From positions 2,813-66,812 of the forward strand of contig JBDHGH010000005.1 of assembly GCA_039589995.1 (NCBI GenBank): DNA of 64,000 nt. The letters are read 5' to 3'. Under the pieces are notes generated by a model. That model saw nothing but the letters and a program-made list of their open reading frames with translations. It did no database searches and had not been told where the DNA came from. The position numbers and the translations under genes were made by a program. Shown here in pieces: positions 29,331-40,244 of the stretch. Origin of the DNA: Gemmatimonadota bacterium (GTDB taxonomy: Bacteria > Gemmatimonadota > Gemmatimonadetes > Palauibacterales > KS3-K002). Position 1 is the stretch's first letter, and every line of letters begins with the position of its first letter.

Positions 29331-32111
29331 TTAGCCCTTCGTCTCGTACCAGTTGCGCCCGATGCCGATGTCGACTGCGATGGGCACATCCAGCTGCAGC
29401 GCCCCCTCCATTCTCGACTTGACCAGGGACCGGGTCTCATCCATATCGGCCGGCCGGACCTCGAACAGCAGTTCGTCGTGCACCTGGAGGATCATGCGTG
29501 CCGAATCTCGCTTCTGCAGCTCGGCGTGGATGTTGATCATCGCCAGCTTGATGAGGTCCGCCGCCGTTCCTTGGATTGGCGAGTTGGTGGCGACCCGCTC
29601 ACCGAATCCCCGGATGTTGGGGTTCTTCGAGTTCAACTCTGGGATGTAGCGACGACGCCCGAACAAGGTCTCGATGTAGCCTTGCTCGCGGGCCAGGTCG
29701 ACCTGACGGTCGAGGTATTCCCGAATGGCAGGGAAGCGGACGAAATAATTGTCGATGAATTCGCGAGCCTCCGCGACGGCGATGCCGAGTTGCCGCGCCA
29801 GCGCCATCGGTCCTTGCCCGTAGATCGTTGCGAAGTTGACGGTCTTCGCTTGCGCCCGCATGGCGGGCGTCACGGCATCGGAAGCGACGCCAAAAATCAG
29901 AGCCGCGGTATCACGGTGCACATCCCTTCCCGCTTGGAACGCTTCGACGAACGCTGGGTCGCCCGACAGGTGAGCCAGAATTCGCAGCTCGACCTGTGAA
30001 TAATCGGCCCCAAGGAACATGAAGCCTTCGGCGGGCACAAATCCTTTGCGAATCTCGGCGCCGAGGGGTGTGCGGATCGGAATATTCTGAAGGTTTGGGT
30101 CCGAGCTGGACAGGCGCCCCGTCGAGGTCACGGTCTGGTTGAACGAGGTGTGGATTCGGTCGTTCTCATCGGCGAGCACGGGTAGCGCATCGACGTACGT
30201 CGACTTGAGCTTTGCCAACTCACGGAATTCGATGATGAGTCGCGGAAGTTGATGGCCCTCGGAGGCGAGTTCCTCCAGGACTTCAGCGTCGGTAGAGGGA
30301 CCTGTCTTCGTTCGCTTCTTCACCGGCAACCCCATCGTGTCGAATAAGACTTCGCGGAGTTGGAGCGGTGAATTGATGTTCAACTCGCGACCGGCCAGCT
30401 TGTAGATCTCTTCCTCGACCAGCTGCAGCTCGCCGTCCAGACGATCGCTCATTGCGTCGAAGAACTCGTGGTCGATGGCGATGCCACATGCCTCCATGTC
30501 CGCCAGCACCGGCATCAGCGGCATTTCGAGCTCATCGAAAAGCAGCCTAAGATCGTAATCTCCGAGCTGCCGGACGAGCCGCTGGTCAATTTGCATCGCT
30601 AGATCGGCCCGCTCGGCCGAGAACGCTTTTGCCTTGTCGAGCTCGACCTCCGCGAACGAGATCTGTGACTTGCCCTTGCCGCAAATATCTTCGTACGTGA
30701 GCAACTCGCGCCCAAGTTCCTCGAGTACCAGAGTTTCCAGGTCGTGCTGTCGTCGCCCTGGATCCAGGCAGTATGACTCGACCATCACGTCTCGTATCGG
30801 ACCCGACACCGTGAGGCCGGCGGCCTCGAGGGCGAGGAAGGCTCGTTTGAGGTCGTGACCGACTACCTCTACCTTGGCGTCGCTCAGAAGATCGACGAGC
30901 GGCTGCATCCCCCTCGAGCTTACGTCCGGGAGGTTTGCGATATCTGCCGCGTCGACATCGTCCAGCGCCAGTTCACCGGGGCGTGTAGGAGCCACGTGTG
31001 TTAGTGGCAGATAGGCGGCGCGGCCGGGGCCCAAAGCGATGGCGATCCCAGTCAGACGGCCGGCATGGGCGTTGGCGATGTCCGTCCGCACGTCCAGTCC
31101 TATGCAGCCGCTCTCTCTTGCCTCGTCGGTGATCTCGTTGAGTCGATTCGTATCGACGACGAGTTCGTACCCGGAGGTTGGTTGGGCCTTCGGTCTCGGA
31201 GGATCCTTAGGGGTGAACTCCCGCGCGATGGAATGGAATTCCAGCTCGACCAACAGGTCGCGGAGGCGGTCACGGTCTGGCTCTCCCACCCTCAACTCGT
31301 CGAGCTCCAAGTCGATGGCAAGGTCGGTACGGATCGTGACGAGGTTCTTCGAGAGCAATGCGTCGTCCTCAAACTTTTTCAAGGCCTCTCGCGGACGTTT
31401 CTGTTTGACGTCATCCGAGTGGGCGAGGATGCTCTCGAGTGAGCCGAATTGTTCGATGAGTTGAACGGCGGTCTTGGGTCCGATGCCGCGGACACCGGGG
31501 ATGTTGTCTGAGGAGTCACCGACCAGGGCCAGGTAGTCGGTAACACGCTCTGGTGCGACGCCGAGTCGATCCAAAGCGTTCGATTCGTCGACAAGCTCGG
31601 ACTCCACGGCAGCCGGTCCGCCACGACCCGGATTGAGCAAGGCGATCCCGTGGTCGATCAGTTGATAGAAGTCCTTATCGCCGGACACGATGATCGCCTG
31701 CAGCCCTTCCTTGGCGACTCGCCTGGCCAGGGTGCCGATGACGTCGTCGGCCTCGTAGCCTTCCAGTTCGATGATGGGAATGTCGAAGGCGACCAGAATC
31801 TCACGAATGCGATGCATCGATGTGTCGAAGTCTTCTTGCAGCGTCTCGTCCAGTTTTTCGCGCGTCGCTTTGTAGTCTTCGTAGATCTCATGTCTAAAAG
31901 TCTCGTGGCCGCCGGCATCGAAGATGAAGCCCAAGTAGTCAGGCTTCTGCTCGGCGAGAGTCTTGCGGATGAACTGAACGATGCCCCAAGGCGCCGACGT
32001 GTTTTCGCCGTGAGTCGTTCGAAGCGGCCTGCTGATCATCGCGTAGAACGCTCGGTAAACGAGGGCGTGCCCGTCCACGAGGAACACTCTTCGGATCTCT
32101 TGCTTCGCCAT
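29331..32111 (-). CDS. polA: DNA polymerase I
   Basis: 5'-3' exonuclease N-terminus, proofreading domain and polymerase palm motifs along 926 aa. Confidence 0.95.
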   Translation of the reverse strand: MAKQEIRRVFLVDGHALVYRAFYAMISRPLRTTHGENTSAPWGIVQFIRKTLAEQKPDYLGFIFDAGGHETFRHEIYEDYKATREKLDETLQEDFDTSMHRIREILVAFDIPIIELEGYEADDVIGTLARRVAKEGLQAIIVSGDKDFYQLIDHGIALLNPGRGGPAAVESELVDESNALDRLGVAPERVTDYLALVGDSSDNIPGVRGIGPKTAVQLIEQFGSLESILAHSDDVKQKRPREALKKFEDDALLSKNLVTIRTDLAIDLELDELRVGEPDRDRLRDLLVELEFHSIAREFTPKDPPRPKAQPTSGYELVVDTNRLNEITDEARESGCIGLDVRTDIANAHAGRLTGIAIALGPGRAAYLPLTHVAPTRPGELALDDVDAADIANLPDVSSRGMQPLVDLLSDAKVEVVGHDLKRAFLALEAAGLTVSGPIRDVMVESYCLDPGRRQHDLETLVLEELGRELLTYEDICGKGKSQISFAEVELDKAKAFSAERADLAMQIDQRLVRQLGDYDLRLLFDELEMPLMPVLADMEACGIAIDHEFFDAMSDRLDGELQLVEEEIYKLAGRELNINSPLQLREVLFDTMGLPVKKRTKTGPSTDAEVLEELASEGHQLPRLIIEFRELAKLKSTYVDALPVLADENDRIHTSFNQTVTSTGRLSSSDPNLQNIPIRTPLGAEIRKGFVPAEGFMFLGADYSQVELRILAHLSGDPAFVEAFQAGRDVHRDTAALIFGVASDAVTPAMRAQAKTVNFATIYGQGPMALARQLGIAVAEAREFIDNYFVRFPAIREYLDRQVDLAREQGYIETLFGRRRYIPELNSKNPNIRGFGERVATNSPIQGTAADLIKLAMINIHAELQKRDSARMILQVHDELLFEVRPADMDETRSLVKSRMEGALQLDVPIAVDIGIGRNWYETKG

Positions 32112-32162
32112 GCGATAAGAATACGGTGATGCGGTGGGCGGCGCCTAGTGTTCTTGGGAGAG

Positions 32163-32197
32163 ACAAAAAAACTCGCCCGGACAGGGCCCGGGCGAGT
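32163..32197 (-). terminator. Rho-independent terminator downstream of cspA
   Basis: On the minus strand: CTCGCCCGG-loop-CCGGGCGAG followed by TTTTTTT. Confidence 0.6.
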
Positions 32198-32226
32198 TGT
32201 TCATTCGAGGGTACTTACAACAAGAG

Positions 32227-32430
32227 CTACGCGCGCTGCACGTTTGCCGCCTGTAGGCCCTTGTCTGTTTGCCGGAGTTCGAAGTCTACCTCCTGGCCTT
32301 CAGAGAGCGTCTTGAACCCCTCCATGTTGATAGCCGAAAAGTGGACAAAAACGTCCTCTGCGCCGTCCGGTTGTTCAATGAAACCATAGCCCTTGGCGTC
32401 ATTGAACCATTTGATGCGCCCTCTGGTCAT
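32227..32430 (-). CDS. cspA: Cold-shock protein CspA family
   Basis: [12 protein letters not shown] and [11 protein letters not shown] motifs. Confidence 0.9.
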   Translation of the reverse strand: MTRGRIKWFNDAKGYGFIEQPDGAEDVFVHFSAINMEGFKTLSEGQEVDFELRQTDKGLQAANVQRA

Positions 32431-32535
32431 ACTCCCACTACCTCCTGCAATGGGTTAATCCGGTGATTGAGACGGGCCCATCTTAGTAATGCGCCCGTGG
32501 GCTGTCAACGTGTGTTTCGGGTGTATTTCGGCGGT

Positions 32536-34866
32536 TCAATCGGCCGATCGAGCTGACCCGGAGGCGCCGTAAATCTGGCGGTAAATGCGGTAGTGCGACT
32601 GAACGTTGCGAACGTAACTGCGCGTTTCCGAGAGAGGAATTCTCTCGGCGAAGAGTTCTGGATCTGCGTACTCGGGTCGCTGGCGCCAGCGACGAGCGCG
32701 CGTTGGGCCAGCGTTGTAAGCGACCAAAGAGATCTGAAGTTCACCGTAACGGCGTTGCAGATCGGCGAAGTAGGCCGTCCCAAGATGAACGTTGGTTTCC
32801 GGGTGAAAGAGTAGGTCGTTGCTGTAGTCTCGAATGCCCAGTCGGCCAGCCCACCAGCGACCCGTAGCGGGCATCAACTGTAACAAACCACGGGCGCCTG
32901 CCCTCGATACCACGTCTGGGTCGAAGGCCGACTCTTGCCGGGCTATGGCGGCGACGAGGAACGGGTCCAGCTCGCGGGAGGAAGCCTCGGCGTCGATGAT
33001 CTCGGTGAACGCCAGGGGGTAAACCGCGCGCAAGACGCTTTCTGTCCAGACGCCTCGTAGTCGTGCGTGTGCGCGCCAACCGAGCCGGACGGCGTCTTGA
33101 CCGAAGCCGTGCTCGGCCAGAGCCTTTGAAAGACCGAGCATTTCCTCGGGACGGCGGAGCTTGGCGTCTACGATCGTCTCGAGTACGGCGGTCGCCTCCT
33201 CTACCAGGCCAGCCTGTTGTAGCGTGGCGATGAGGGCGAACCTCTCGCGAACGTCCGGTTCGATGGGAGTCGGCCTGGGTCCGGGAGCCAATTGGGCCCA
33301 CGGATCGACACCTATGCGCTCGGCGGCGAGGAATCCATAGTAGCCGAACGGATCGTGTGCGTGAACGCTGCGAAGTAGCCCCTGAGCCTCCGCCGTCCGC
33401 TCCGGAGTGTCTTCCGCGAGACGCGCTCGCGCGGCCCAGTAAGTAGCCTTGATCCGCATCTCGTTCCAGCGACTGGAGCGACGCAGTCGATCAAAATGTC
33501 CACGAGCTTCTGCGTAGTCGCCGTCGAGGAAGGAGAGAATCCCCAGCCGGTATCGCACACCTGGAGTAACGCGTGACCCGGGGTAGTTCTTCGATATCTC
33601 GGCGTAGATCGCGCGGGCTTCCGCTACGTTCCCTGCACTTTCGTACAGGTCGCCCAGCAGATAGAGGGCATTGATTGCAGATCCAGTTCCTGGGTAACGA
33701 TCGGCGATCTGCCGCAAGCGCCTTCGGCCTTCGCGCCGCCAGCCACGCCGGTAGGTCGAACGGGCTGCCATATACTCGGCGCGAGCCTTCAGATGAGAAG
33801 CCGGATCGGAAGCGATGACTCGTTCGAGCTGTTCGACCGCGGCGAAATAAGAGCCACCTCGGTACAGCAGCTCGCCGATTTTCAGTTCGAGTTCTTGGCG
33901 GTCGCGGTCCGAAAGGTTCGCAAAATCGAGGTATGTCCTGTAGTGATCGGTTGCGAGGGTATAGGCTCGCGATCTCTCAAAGGCCAGGCCCAGAGCTTTG
34001 TGGTCGTCGATGCTCAGGTCTGGCAACTGTGCGAGGATCTGCGCCGCTTCGCGCGCTCCGCTGGGTTGCACCCGCACGGCGGTACGAAGCGTTCCACGTG
34101 CCGCGGCTGTGTCGGCGGCTGCCAGGTGGATCCGGGCTGCGCGGGTGCGCAAGTCTGCAGACACTCGGGAGGCGGCCGAAGAATTGGCAGCATCGAGGAG
34201 AGTTCGTATTGCCCGCTTGGCATCGCCTGCGGCTTCGTAAGCGGTGACCTCCGCCAGCGTTCGGCGATAGAACGATATACCTGCGGCCCGACTGAGGAGC
34301 TGGCGTACCGCTGTGGTATCGCCCAGCGCCGCCAAGTTTTCCGCCGCACGGATAGACGACCAGGGTTCGAGCTCGGGGAGCGACTCCGCAGCCCTGGCGA
34401 ACGCCGCCGCGGCCTCCCTGGGCCGTTCCAGCTCGGTGTACCCGCGAGCCAACCCGACTTCGGCGAGCGCTCGAGGGATTCGCGAAACCGAGTAGCCGAG
34501 GAACAGCCGGTAGTTCGCTACTGCCGATTCGAGCTCGCCCGTCTCGAGCTGTGCGCGGGCCAGCAAGTAACGCCCTTCGCCGCCGCCGATCGAATCCAGC
34601 CAGATAGTACCGTAGAGACGCCGGACAACCGCCTTCCAAGCATTGCGTCCTGCATCGGCGCGGGCGGCAAGCAGAGACGCGTCGAGTGCGTTGCCGCTTT
34701 CGACATCGAGGTCTCGAAGCAATCGCGCAGCGTACCAATGGCGCTCCTGATTCAGAGCCGCGACCACTTCCTCGAGAGGATCATCCTTCGGAGGATCCTC
34801 GCTACCCCATAGTGCTGGAGTGACCAGAGTCAGGAAGCAGACGACAAAGATTCCGGAACGGCGCAT
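32536..34866 (-). CDS. Soluble lytic murein transglycosylase (Slt70-like: superhelical TPR-like N-terminus plus C-terminal SLT domain)
   Basis: SLT catalytic motifs ARQESAFDP, GLLQLMP, AYNAGP. Confidence 0.8.
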   Translation of the reverse strand: MRRSGIFVVCFLTLVTPALWGSEDPPKDDPLEEVVAALNQERHWYAARLLRDLDVESGNALDASLLAARADAGRNAWKAVVRRLYGTIWLDSIGGGEGRYLLARAQLETGELESAVANYRLFLGYSVSRIPRALAEVGLARGYTELERPREAAAAFARAAESLPELEPWSSIRAAENLAALGDTTAVRQLLSRAAGISFYRRTLAEVTAYEAAGDAKRAIRTLLDAANSSAASRVSADLRTRAARIHLAAADTAAARGTLRTAVRVQPSGAREAAQILAQLPDLSIDDHKALGLAFERSRAYTLATDHYRTYLDFANLSDRDRQELELKIGELLYRGGSYFAAVEQLERVIASDPASHLKARAEYMAARSTYRRGWRREGRRRLRQIADRYPGTGSAINALYLLGDLYESAGNVAEARAIYAEISKNYPGSRVTPGVRYRLGILSFLDGDYAEARGHFDRLRRSSRWNEMRIKATYWAARARLAEDTPERTAEAQGLLRSVHAHDPFGYYGFLAAERIGVDPWAQLAPGPRPTPIEPDVRERFALIATLQQAGLVEEATAVLETIVDAKLRRPEEMLGLSKALAEHGFGQDAVRLGWRAHARLRGVWTESVLRAVYPLAFTEIIDAEASSRELDPFLVAAIARQESAFDPDVVSRAGARGLLQLMPATGRWWAGRLGIRDYSNDLLFHPETNVHLGTAYFADLQRRYGELQISLVAYNAGPTRARRWRQRPEYADPELFAERIPLSETRSYVRNVQSHYRIYRQIYGASGSARSAD

Positions 34867-34917
34867 ACAGTCCGATCTTCTACGGTTTAAGCTGTCCGAT
34901 GTCAGCCAGGCGCGTGC

Positions 34918-36300
34918 TCAGGAGTACAGGGTCTGGATCGCTGCGAAAAACGCTCGCCTTGATTCGATTGTCAGCGCGTAAGCGCCGGTCGCGGTGGGAT
35001 CGGAGAACACCAACCGCAACTCGGTCTCGAGCGACTCATTGTACAGCCAGACCTGACTCTGTTGAGGCCCTTGCCCGGCTTCTAAATGGCGAAGGACCTG
35101 ATCTGGGGGGCCGAATACTATATACACCGAACCCCGGTCTGTGAGCCACCCCGCGGTGGTCGCTTCGCTGAAGCGGTCGTTCGCGTCTCGGACCCTGCGA
35201 AAGTACCGCTCGAAGAACTCGTTCTCGGTTGTCTCCGGAACGTGGTCCCTCTTACCCCAAAACGAGTGCAACAGGTGTGCCCGTTCCCAGGGCCGTGCGG
35301 TGGCCAGGCTATCCAGCTGGGCCGAGGTACCGGCATAGCGCAAGTAACCGATTGCCGTTTGGTAGTCAGGGGCGACCCAATCCGGTGCCAGGGCAACGAT
35401 TAGCTGGGTCGAGTCGGTGGGAACGATGCCGGGAATGGTAGCCCTGAGAGTCAGGGCCCCGGCGGGAAACTGGGTGACATCCAGATTGCCAATGGCGACG
35501 CGCAGGATGCCTGAATCCGGTCGAAATGCCAGCGTGTCGGTCGAGATGACGTGGCCTTCTTCGGTCGCCTGAATCACGGCAGGTTGTGTGCTGTCCGACG
35601 AACACTCGATGTAGACCTGCGATCGCCCCTCTTGGAAATCGATGGTCGCCCTCGGGTTGATGATAAGTGAGGGGGGATCGGCCCGATGGGCTCTCGGTTC
35701 GGCCTGGTGCACAACGATGGGTGGAGTAACGAACGATTCTCCGAAACGAGGAACTTGGATAAATGTGTTGAAGATGAACCCAGCAGTCGATGCCAGATCT
35801 CGAACCTCGATTCGAGTGGGATACTGGCCGGGCAACAGCTTGATGTACGCTTGAAAGATCACGCTCTCGGCTCGGCGCGACGTCTCGCGAAAAGTGCTCA
35901 CCCGTACCTCTTCGATTTCGTCGAGCGTTGCCACGGGAAGCAACGTGTCGCCCACAGTCACGGCCACGCGGTAGCGGGCTAGGAAGTCGGGCGGATCGCG
36001 CCGGAATCGTAACGTGTTGTTGGAAAGGGAAAGCGCGAGGATCACAAACGAGCTGTCGGCGGGTCCCGGTAGATAGACCAGGCTGCCTACGGCGGGGAAG
36101 TCACGGTTGCCTACGATGTAGCCCAGGTCGGTGTAGACGCCCAGTGGGTTAGGAACGGGTTCGACCTCGGGGACAAGGTCGGTGGGGGCAGGCGGGTCGG
36201 CGCTCCCGGTGGGGCCACAGGCGACCAGCACAGCGAGCGCTGGTAAAAAAAGGCCACCCAGTGGGTGGCCCTTTTTGCAGAAGCGCGGAGATGAAGTCAC
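34918..36300 (-). CDS. GWxTD-domain lipoprotein
   Basis: Lipobox LAVLVAC. C-terminal TTAGWLTDRGSVYIVFGPPD matches the GWxTD domain signature. Confidence 0.55.
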   Translation of the reverse strand: MTSSPRFCKKGHPLGGLFLPALAVLVACGPTGSADPPAPTDLVPEVEPVPNPLGVYTDLGYIVGNRDFPAVGSLVYLPGPADSSFVILALSLSNNTLRFRRDPPDFLARYRVAVTVGDTLLPVATLDEIEEVRVSTFRETSRRAESVIFQAYIKLLPGQYPTRIEVRDLASTAGFIFNTFIQVPRFGESFVTPPIVVHQAEPRAHRADPPSLIINPRATIDFQEGRSQVYIECSSDSTQPAVIQATEEGHVISTDTLAFRPDSGILRVAIGNLDVTQFPAGALTLRATIPGIVPTDSTQLIVALAPDWVAPDYQTAIGYLRYAGTSAQLDSLATARPWERAHLLHSFWGKRDHVPETTENEFFERYFRRVRDANDRFSEATTAGWLTDRGSVYIVFGPPDQVLRHLEAGQGPQQSQVWLYNESLETELRLVFSDPTATGAYALTIESRRAFFAAIQTLYS

Positions 36301-36986
36301 ACGGTCTGTGTCTTCTTGTCGATCTCGTGGAGCGCGTCGATCATCTTCTGCGCGCTCTCTTCCATCTCGAGAACGAGCTTGTCGATCTCGGTGACGAAGT
36401 AGTTATGCGCAATGTTGATCGGTATCGCGATGGTCAAACCGCTGGCGGTCGTGATCAGAGCGACCTTAATACCGCCGGCCACCGTGGTGGCCTCGACTTC
36501 GCCAGCCAGCTCGATCGCCTGGAATGCCTGGATCATCCCGATAACCGTCCCCAAGAATCCGGTAAGCGGAGCGACGTTTGCCAGCGTCGCAAGCCAGACT
36601 AGCCCTTTCTCCAGCCCTGCCAACTCGATCAGGCCCGCGTTTTCGATGGCCTTCATCACGCGCTCGGAGCCCTCGTCCCTGCGACGCAGGCCGGCGGCGA
36701 GGATAGCTGCGGCCGGAGCCTTCGACTCCTGGCAGACCCTCATCGCCTCCTGAATGCGGTGCTCGGCAAGCAGCTGGTCGGTTTCGCTGAGCAGCTTGCG
36801 GTTACGTCCGCCCTTGATCTTCAGGTCGATGAACTTCCAGATGATGATGAGCGCGCCGGCGGTCGCAAAAAAGGCCAGCGGATACATCATGAAGCCGCCG
36901 TCCTTGAACGTCTGCACCAGGTCGAGTCTCTCTCCCTGGCCGAGTGCCTGAACCGCCGCGAGTGCGGACAGCGTTATACCGCTCAA
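36297..36986 (-). CDS. MotA/TolQ/ExbB proton-channel family protein
   Basis: Three TM helices. APLTGFLGTVIGMIQAF signature. 4-nt overlap with the GWxTD gene. Confidence 0.8.
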   Translation of the reverse strand: MSGITLSALAAVQALGQGERLDLVQTFKDGGFMMYPLAFFATAGALIIIWKFIDLKIKGGRNRKLLSETDQLLAEHRIQEAMRVCQESKAPAAAILAAGLRRRDEGSERVMKAIENAGLIELAGLEKGLVWLATLANVAPLTGFLGTVIGMIQAFQAIELAGEVEATTVAGGIKVALITTASGLTIAIPINIAHNYFVTEIDKLVLEMEESAQKMIDALHEIDKKTQTV

Positions 36987-37129
36987 CTTGAACCTCCTGC
37001 GCTTACAGCAGCCTAGCCTGCGCCGCCATACAGATTTAGTCCACTTGGGGCTGGGGAATAGCGGAGGGTAAGCTAGAGATCATCCCGAGGGATTGTCAAG
37101 ACTGTTCGAGGCACCTCGAGAACTGAGTC

Positions 37130-38110
37130 TCAGAGCTTGTGGCAGGCCGCGAGGCGTTCGCTCCTAAAGTCTTGTAAATTAGGCATTTGCGACCGGCAGA
37201 TGGCGTCTTTCTCTGGGTGGGGGCAACGAGGATTGAAAGGACAACCCGGCGGAGGTGACGCCGGGCTGGCCACGTCACCGGTCAGCACGATGCGCTCGCG
37301 CGCCCGTTTACCGGGAACGGGTACCGCCGAGAGCAACGCTTGGGTGTAAGGGTGGGCCGGGTCGGTGAACACGGACTCTGCGGTGCCTATCTCCACGACC
37401 CTTCCCAAGTACATCACTGCGACACGATCGGCGATGTGGCGGACCACTGACAGATCATGCGTTATGAACAGGTACGTCAACTCAAAGCGTTCCTGCAGGT
37501 CGGCCAAAAGATTGAGCGCTTGAGCCTGAACGGACACATCGAGAGCGGAAACGGGTTCGTCGGCGACGATGAACTCCGGTCTGACAGCCAGGGCTCGGGC
37601 GATACCCACTCGCTGGCGCTGTCCGCCCGAAAACTCATGCGGGTATTTCCGAGCATCGGTGGAATGGAGCCCGACCGCATCCAACAACTCCGAGATCTGT
37701 CGGTCGGCGTTTGCTCCCCGAGCGATTTGGTGGACGTAGAGCACCTCCCTCAGCATCGCACCGACTGTCATGCGAGGGTTAAGCGAACCGTAGGGATCTT
37801 GAAAAATGATCTGAGATCGCCGCCGGAATTTCTTTAGCCCGGGTTTGTCGAGCTCTTGAGTATTCACTCCGTCAAAAAGCACATACCCGGTCGTTGGATT
37901 CGACAATGAGAGAATCAATCGCCCCGTCGTCGTCTTACCACAGCCCGACTCGCCGACGAGTGCGAGCGTCTCGCCGCGTCGGATTTCGAACGAGATGCCG
38001 TCCACCGCTTTGATGCTGCCCGCCTTGCGACCGAGTACACCTCGGCGAACTGGGAAGGCCTTCGCGAGGTCTTGGACGACGACCAGAGGACCGTTCGCGG
38101 CGCGGTTCAC
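37130..38110 (-). CDS. Peptide/nickel ABC transporter ATP-binding protein (OppF/DppF-like)
   Basis: Walker [10 protein letters not shown], signature LSGGQRQR, C-terminal oligopeptide-ABC Cys motif. Start moved to the GTG overlapping the oppD stop. Confidence 0.85.
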   Translation of the reverse strand: MNRAANGPLVVVQDLAKAFPVRRGVLGRKAGSIKAVDGISFEIRRGETLALVGESGCGKTTTGRLILSLSNPTTGYVLFDGVNTQELDKPGLKKFRRRSQIIFQDPYGSLNPRMTVGAMLREVLYVHQIARGANADRQISELLDAVGLHSTDARKYPHEFSGGQRQRVGIARALAVRPEFIVADEPVSALDVSVQAQALNLLADLQERFELTYLFITHDLSVVRHIADRVAVMYLGRVVEIGTAESVFTDPAHPYTQALLSAVPVPGKRARERIVLTGDVASPASPPPGCPFNPRCPHPEKDAICRSQMPNLQDFRSERLAACHKL

Positions 38111-39132
38111 CCAGTCTCCTCCTGCGGTGCGTCCCAACCACCGACTCTTCGCTCGGGCTCGTCCTCTAGCCAGCAACGACTCGTGCGTATTCCGGGGAGT
38201 TCGAGCAGCGGTGGCGGGTCACCCTCACAGCGAGCCCAGCGGTAAGGGCAGCGAGTGTGGAACCGACAACCGGGTGGCCAAGCGATCGGGCTGGGAACCG
38301 ATCCGGGGATGACAGCGAGGCGTGGCGCCTTAACGGTAACTCGCGGAATCGAACGTAGGAGCCCTTCCGTGTACGGGTGGTGCGGTCGATCGAAGATGTC
38401 GCCAACCTGGCCGCTTTCCACCACCTGGCCTCCGTACATGACGATGACTCGGTCGGCGATCTCGGAGACGACTCCTAGGTCGTGGCTGACGAAGATCATC
38501 GCCATGCCCAGTCGTTCCTTGAGGTCGGCGAGCAAGTCGAGGATTTCCGCTTGGATCGTGACGTCCAATGCGGTGGTGGGTTCGTCAGCGATCAGAAGAT
38601 TCGGCTCGCAGGCGAGGGCCATGGCGATCATCACGCGTTGACGCATGCCGCCGGAGAGTTCGTGAGGGTAGTCATCGACGCGCCGGTCGGGATCGGGTAT
38701 GCCAACCAGGCCGAGCATCTCGATGGCGCGAGAACGAGCATCGGCGGCGCTGGCCCCTCTGTGCACGCGAACGGCCTCGGCGATCTGGTTTCCGACCGTC
38801 CAAACTGGATTCAGGCTGGTCATCGGTTCTTGAAAGATCATCGAGATCTCGTTGCCCCGGATCTCCCGCATCTCGTCTTCGGACACCCGACACAGTTCCT
38901 TGTCGCGTAGCTTGATCGATGAACCGGGCTCGATCCGGCCGGGTTCATCGACCAGTCGTAGGATCGAAAGGCACGCGACCGTCTTGCCGCAACCCGATTC
39001 ACCAACGATCCCCAGCGTTTCGCCGGAATTAAGATCGAAGCTGACGCCGTCTACGGCGCGTACCGGGCCATTCGGAGTTTGGAAGTGCGTCCGCAGATCA
39101 CCGATGCTCAGCAACGGCGTCACCGTCATTGT
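38107..39132 (-). CDS. Peptide/nickel ABC transporter ATP-binding protein (OppD/DppD-like)
   Basis: Walker [18 protein letters not shown]. Start taken at the internal [12 protein letters not shown]. Confidence 0.85.
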   Translation of the reverse strand, partial: TMTVTPLLSIGDLRTHFQTPNGPVRAVDGVSFDLNSGETLGIVGESGCGKTVACLSILRLVDEPGRIEPGSSIKLRDKELCRVSEDEMREIRGNEISMIFQEPMTSLNPVWTVGNQIAEAVRVHRGASAADARSRAIEMLGLVGIPDPDRRVDDYPHELSGGMRQRVMIAMALACEPNLLIADEPTTALDVTIQAEILDLLADLKERLGMAMIFVSHDLGVVSEIADRVIVMYGGQVVESGQVGDIFDRPHHPYTEGLLRSIPRVTVKAPRLAVIPGSVPSPIAWPPGCRFHTRCPYRWARCEGDPPPLLELPGIRTSRCWLEDEPERRVGGWDAPQEETG

Positions 39133-40244
39133 CGCACCCTCACGCGCGGATCGAGGGCATCCCGCAGACCGTCTCCGATCAAGTTGAATGCGATAACGGT
39201 CATCACGATGGCCAACCCTGGGAAAGTCGATACCCACCACGCCTGAACCAAGTAATCTCGACCGCCATCGATGATGTTACCCCACGACGGGGTCGGCGGC
39301 GGCACGCTCATTCCCAAGAACGACAGACCGGCCTCGATGAGGATGATGTTCCCGATGCCCAGCGTTGCAGCGACGATCACGGGCCCCATCACGTTGGGAA
39401 CGATGTGCCGAAAGATTATTCGCGGTGTGTTCAAACCCAGCGCCTTCGCCGCAAGAACGAACTCGCGCTCGCGCAGCGACAAGACCTCGCTGCGAACGAT
39501 ACGTGCTGTGGACGGCCAGAGTGTCAGACCGAGGACCACGATAACCAGGGTGATGGACGGCTCGAACAGCGCGATGATGGCGATCAGAAGCACCAGCCGC
39601 GGGAACGAGATCAGCATATCGACCAACCTCATCAGCACCGTATCGACGGCGCCACCGAAGAAGCCGCTCACGGCCCCGACGACGGTGCCGAGAGTGATTG
39701 CGATGGCCACGGAGATGAAGCCGATCGATAGGCTGACGCGAGCGCCGTAAAGCACGCGAGTAAACACGTCGCGACCGAACCGGTCCGTTCCCATGAGGTG
39801 ATCGAGCGATGGCGGCAGGTGCCGGGTGACGGCTATGTCAGCGAAGGCGTCCGGCTGGAATGGCGTCAGGTACGGGGCCAGCAGGGTCGCCAAAGTGAGG
39901 CCAGCCATCAAGTAGAGTCCCAGGACCGCCAGTCTGTTCTTCTTGAATTCGTCCCAGGCCGTCAGCCACTGCGACGCGCCGCTTTCGGCAGCGCCCACGG
40001 GTCGTGCCAGCGCCAAGCTGATTCCCCAAGCGGCGGCCAGGCTGGCCAGGAGAGTTAAGAGGGCGATCCAGAGATCGAGACGGCCCTCGGTGAAGGTCGA
40101 GAAAACTCGGTCGAACGCCAGGACGAACACGGCCAGCATGCCGACCGCCAGCGTGAGCAGCGATAGGCCGGCGCGACGGTGGCCTGTCAACATCAGGTCG
40201 AGCCCCGGGACCAGTCGGGCGAAGCGGTGGCCGCGATCACTCAT
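39126..40244 (-). CDS. Peptide ABC transporter permease (OppC/DppC-like) with an N-terminal extension
   Basis: EAA-loop permease fold. Start probably at M10 (MSDRGH). Confidence 0.8.
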   Translation of the reverse strand: MSDRGHRFARLVPGLDLMLTGHRRAGLSLLTLAVGMLAVFVLAFDRVFSTFTEGRLDLWIALLTLLASLAAAWGISLALARPVGAAESGASQWLTAWDEFKKNRLAVLGLYLMAGLTLATLLAPYLTPFQPDAFADIAVTRHLPPSLDHLMGTDRFGRDVFTRVLYGARVSLSIGFISVAIAITLGTVVGAVSGFFGGAVDTVLMRLVDMLISFPRLVLLIAIIALFEPSITLVIVVLGLTLWPSTARIVRSEVLSLREREFVLAAKALGLNTPRIIFRHIVPNVMGPVIVAATLGIGNIILIEAGLSFLGMSVPPPTPSWGNIIDGGRDYLVQAWWVSTFPGLAIVMTVIAFNLIGDGLRDALDPRVRVRQ

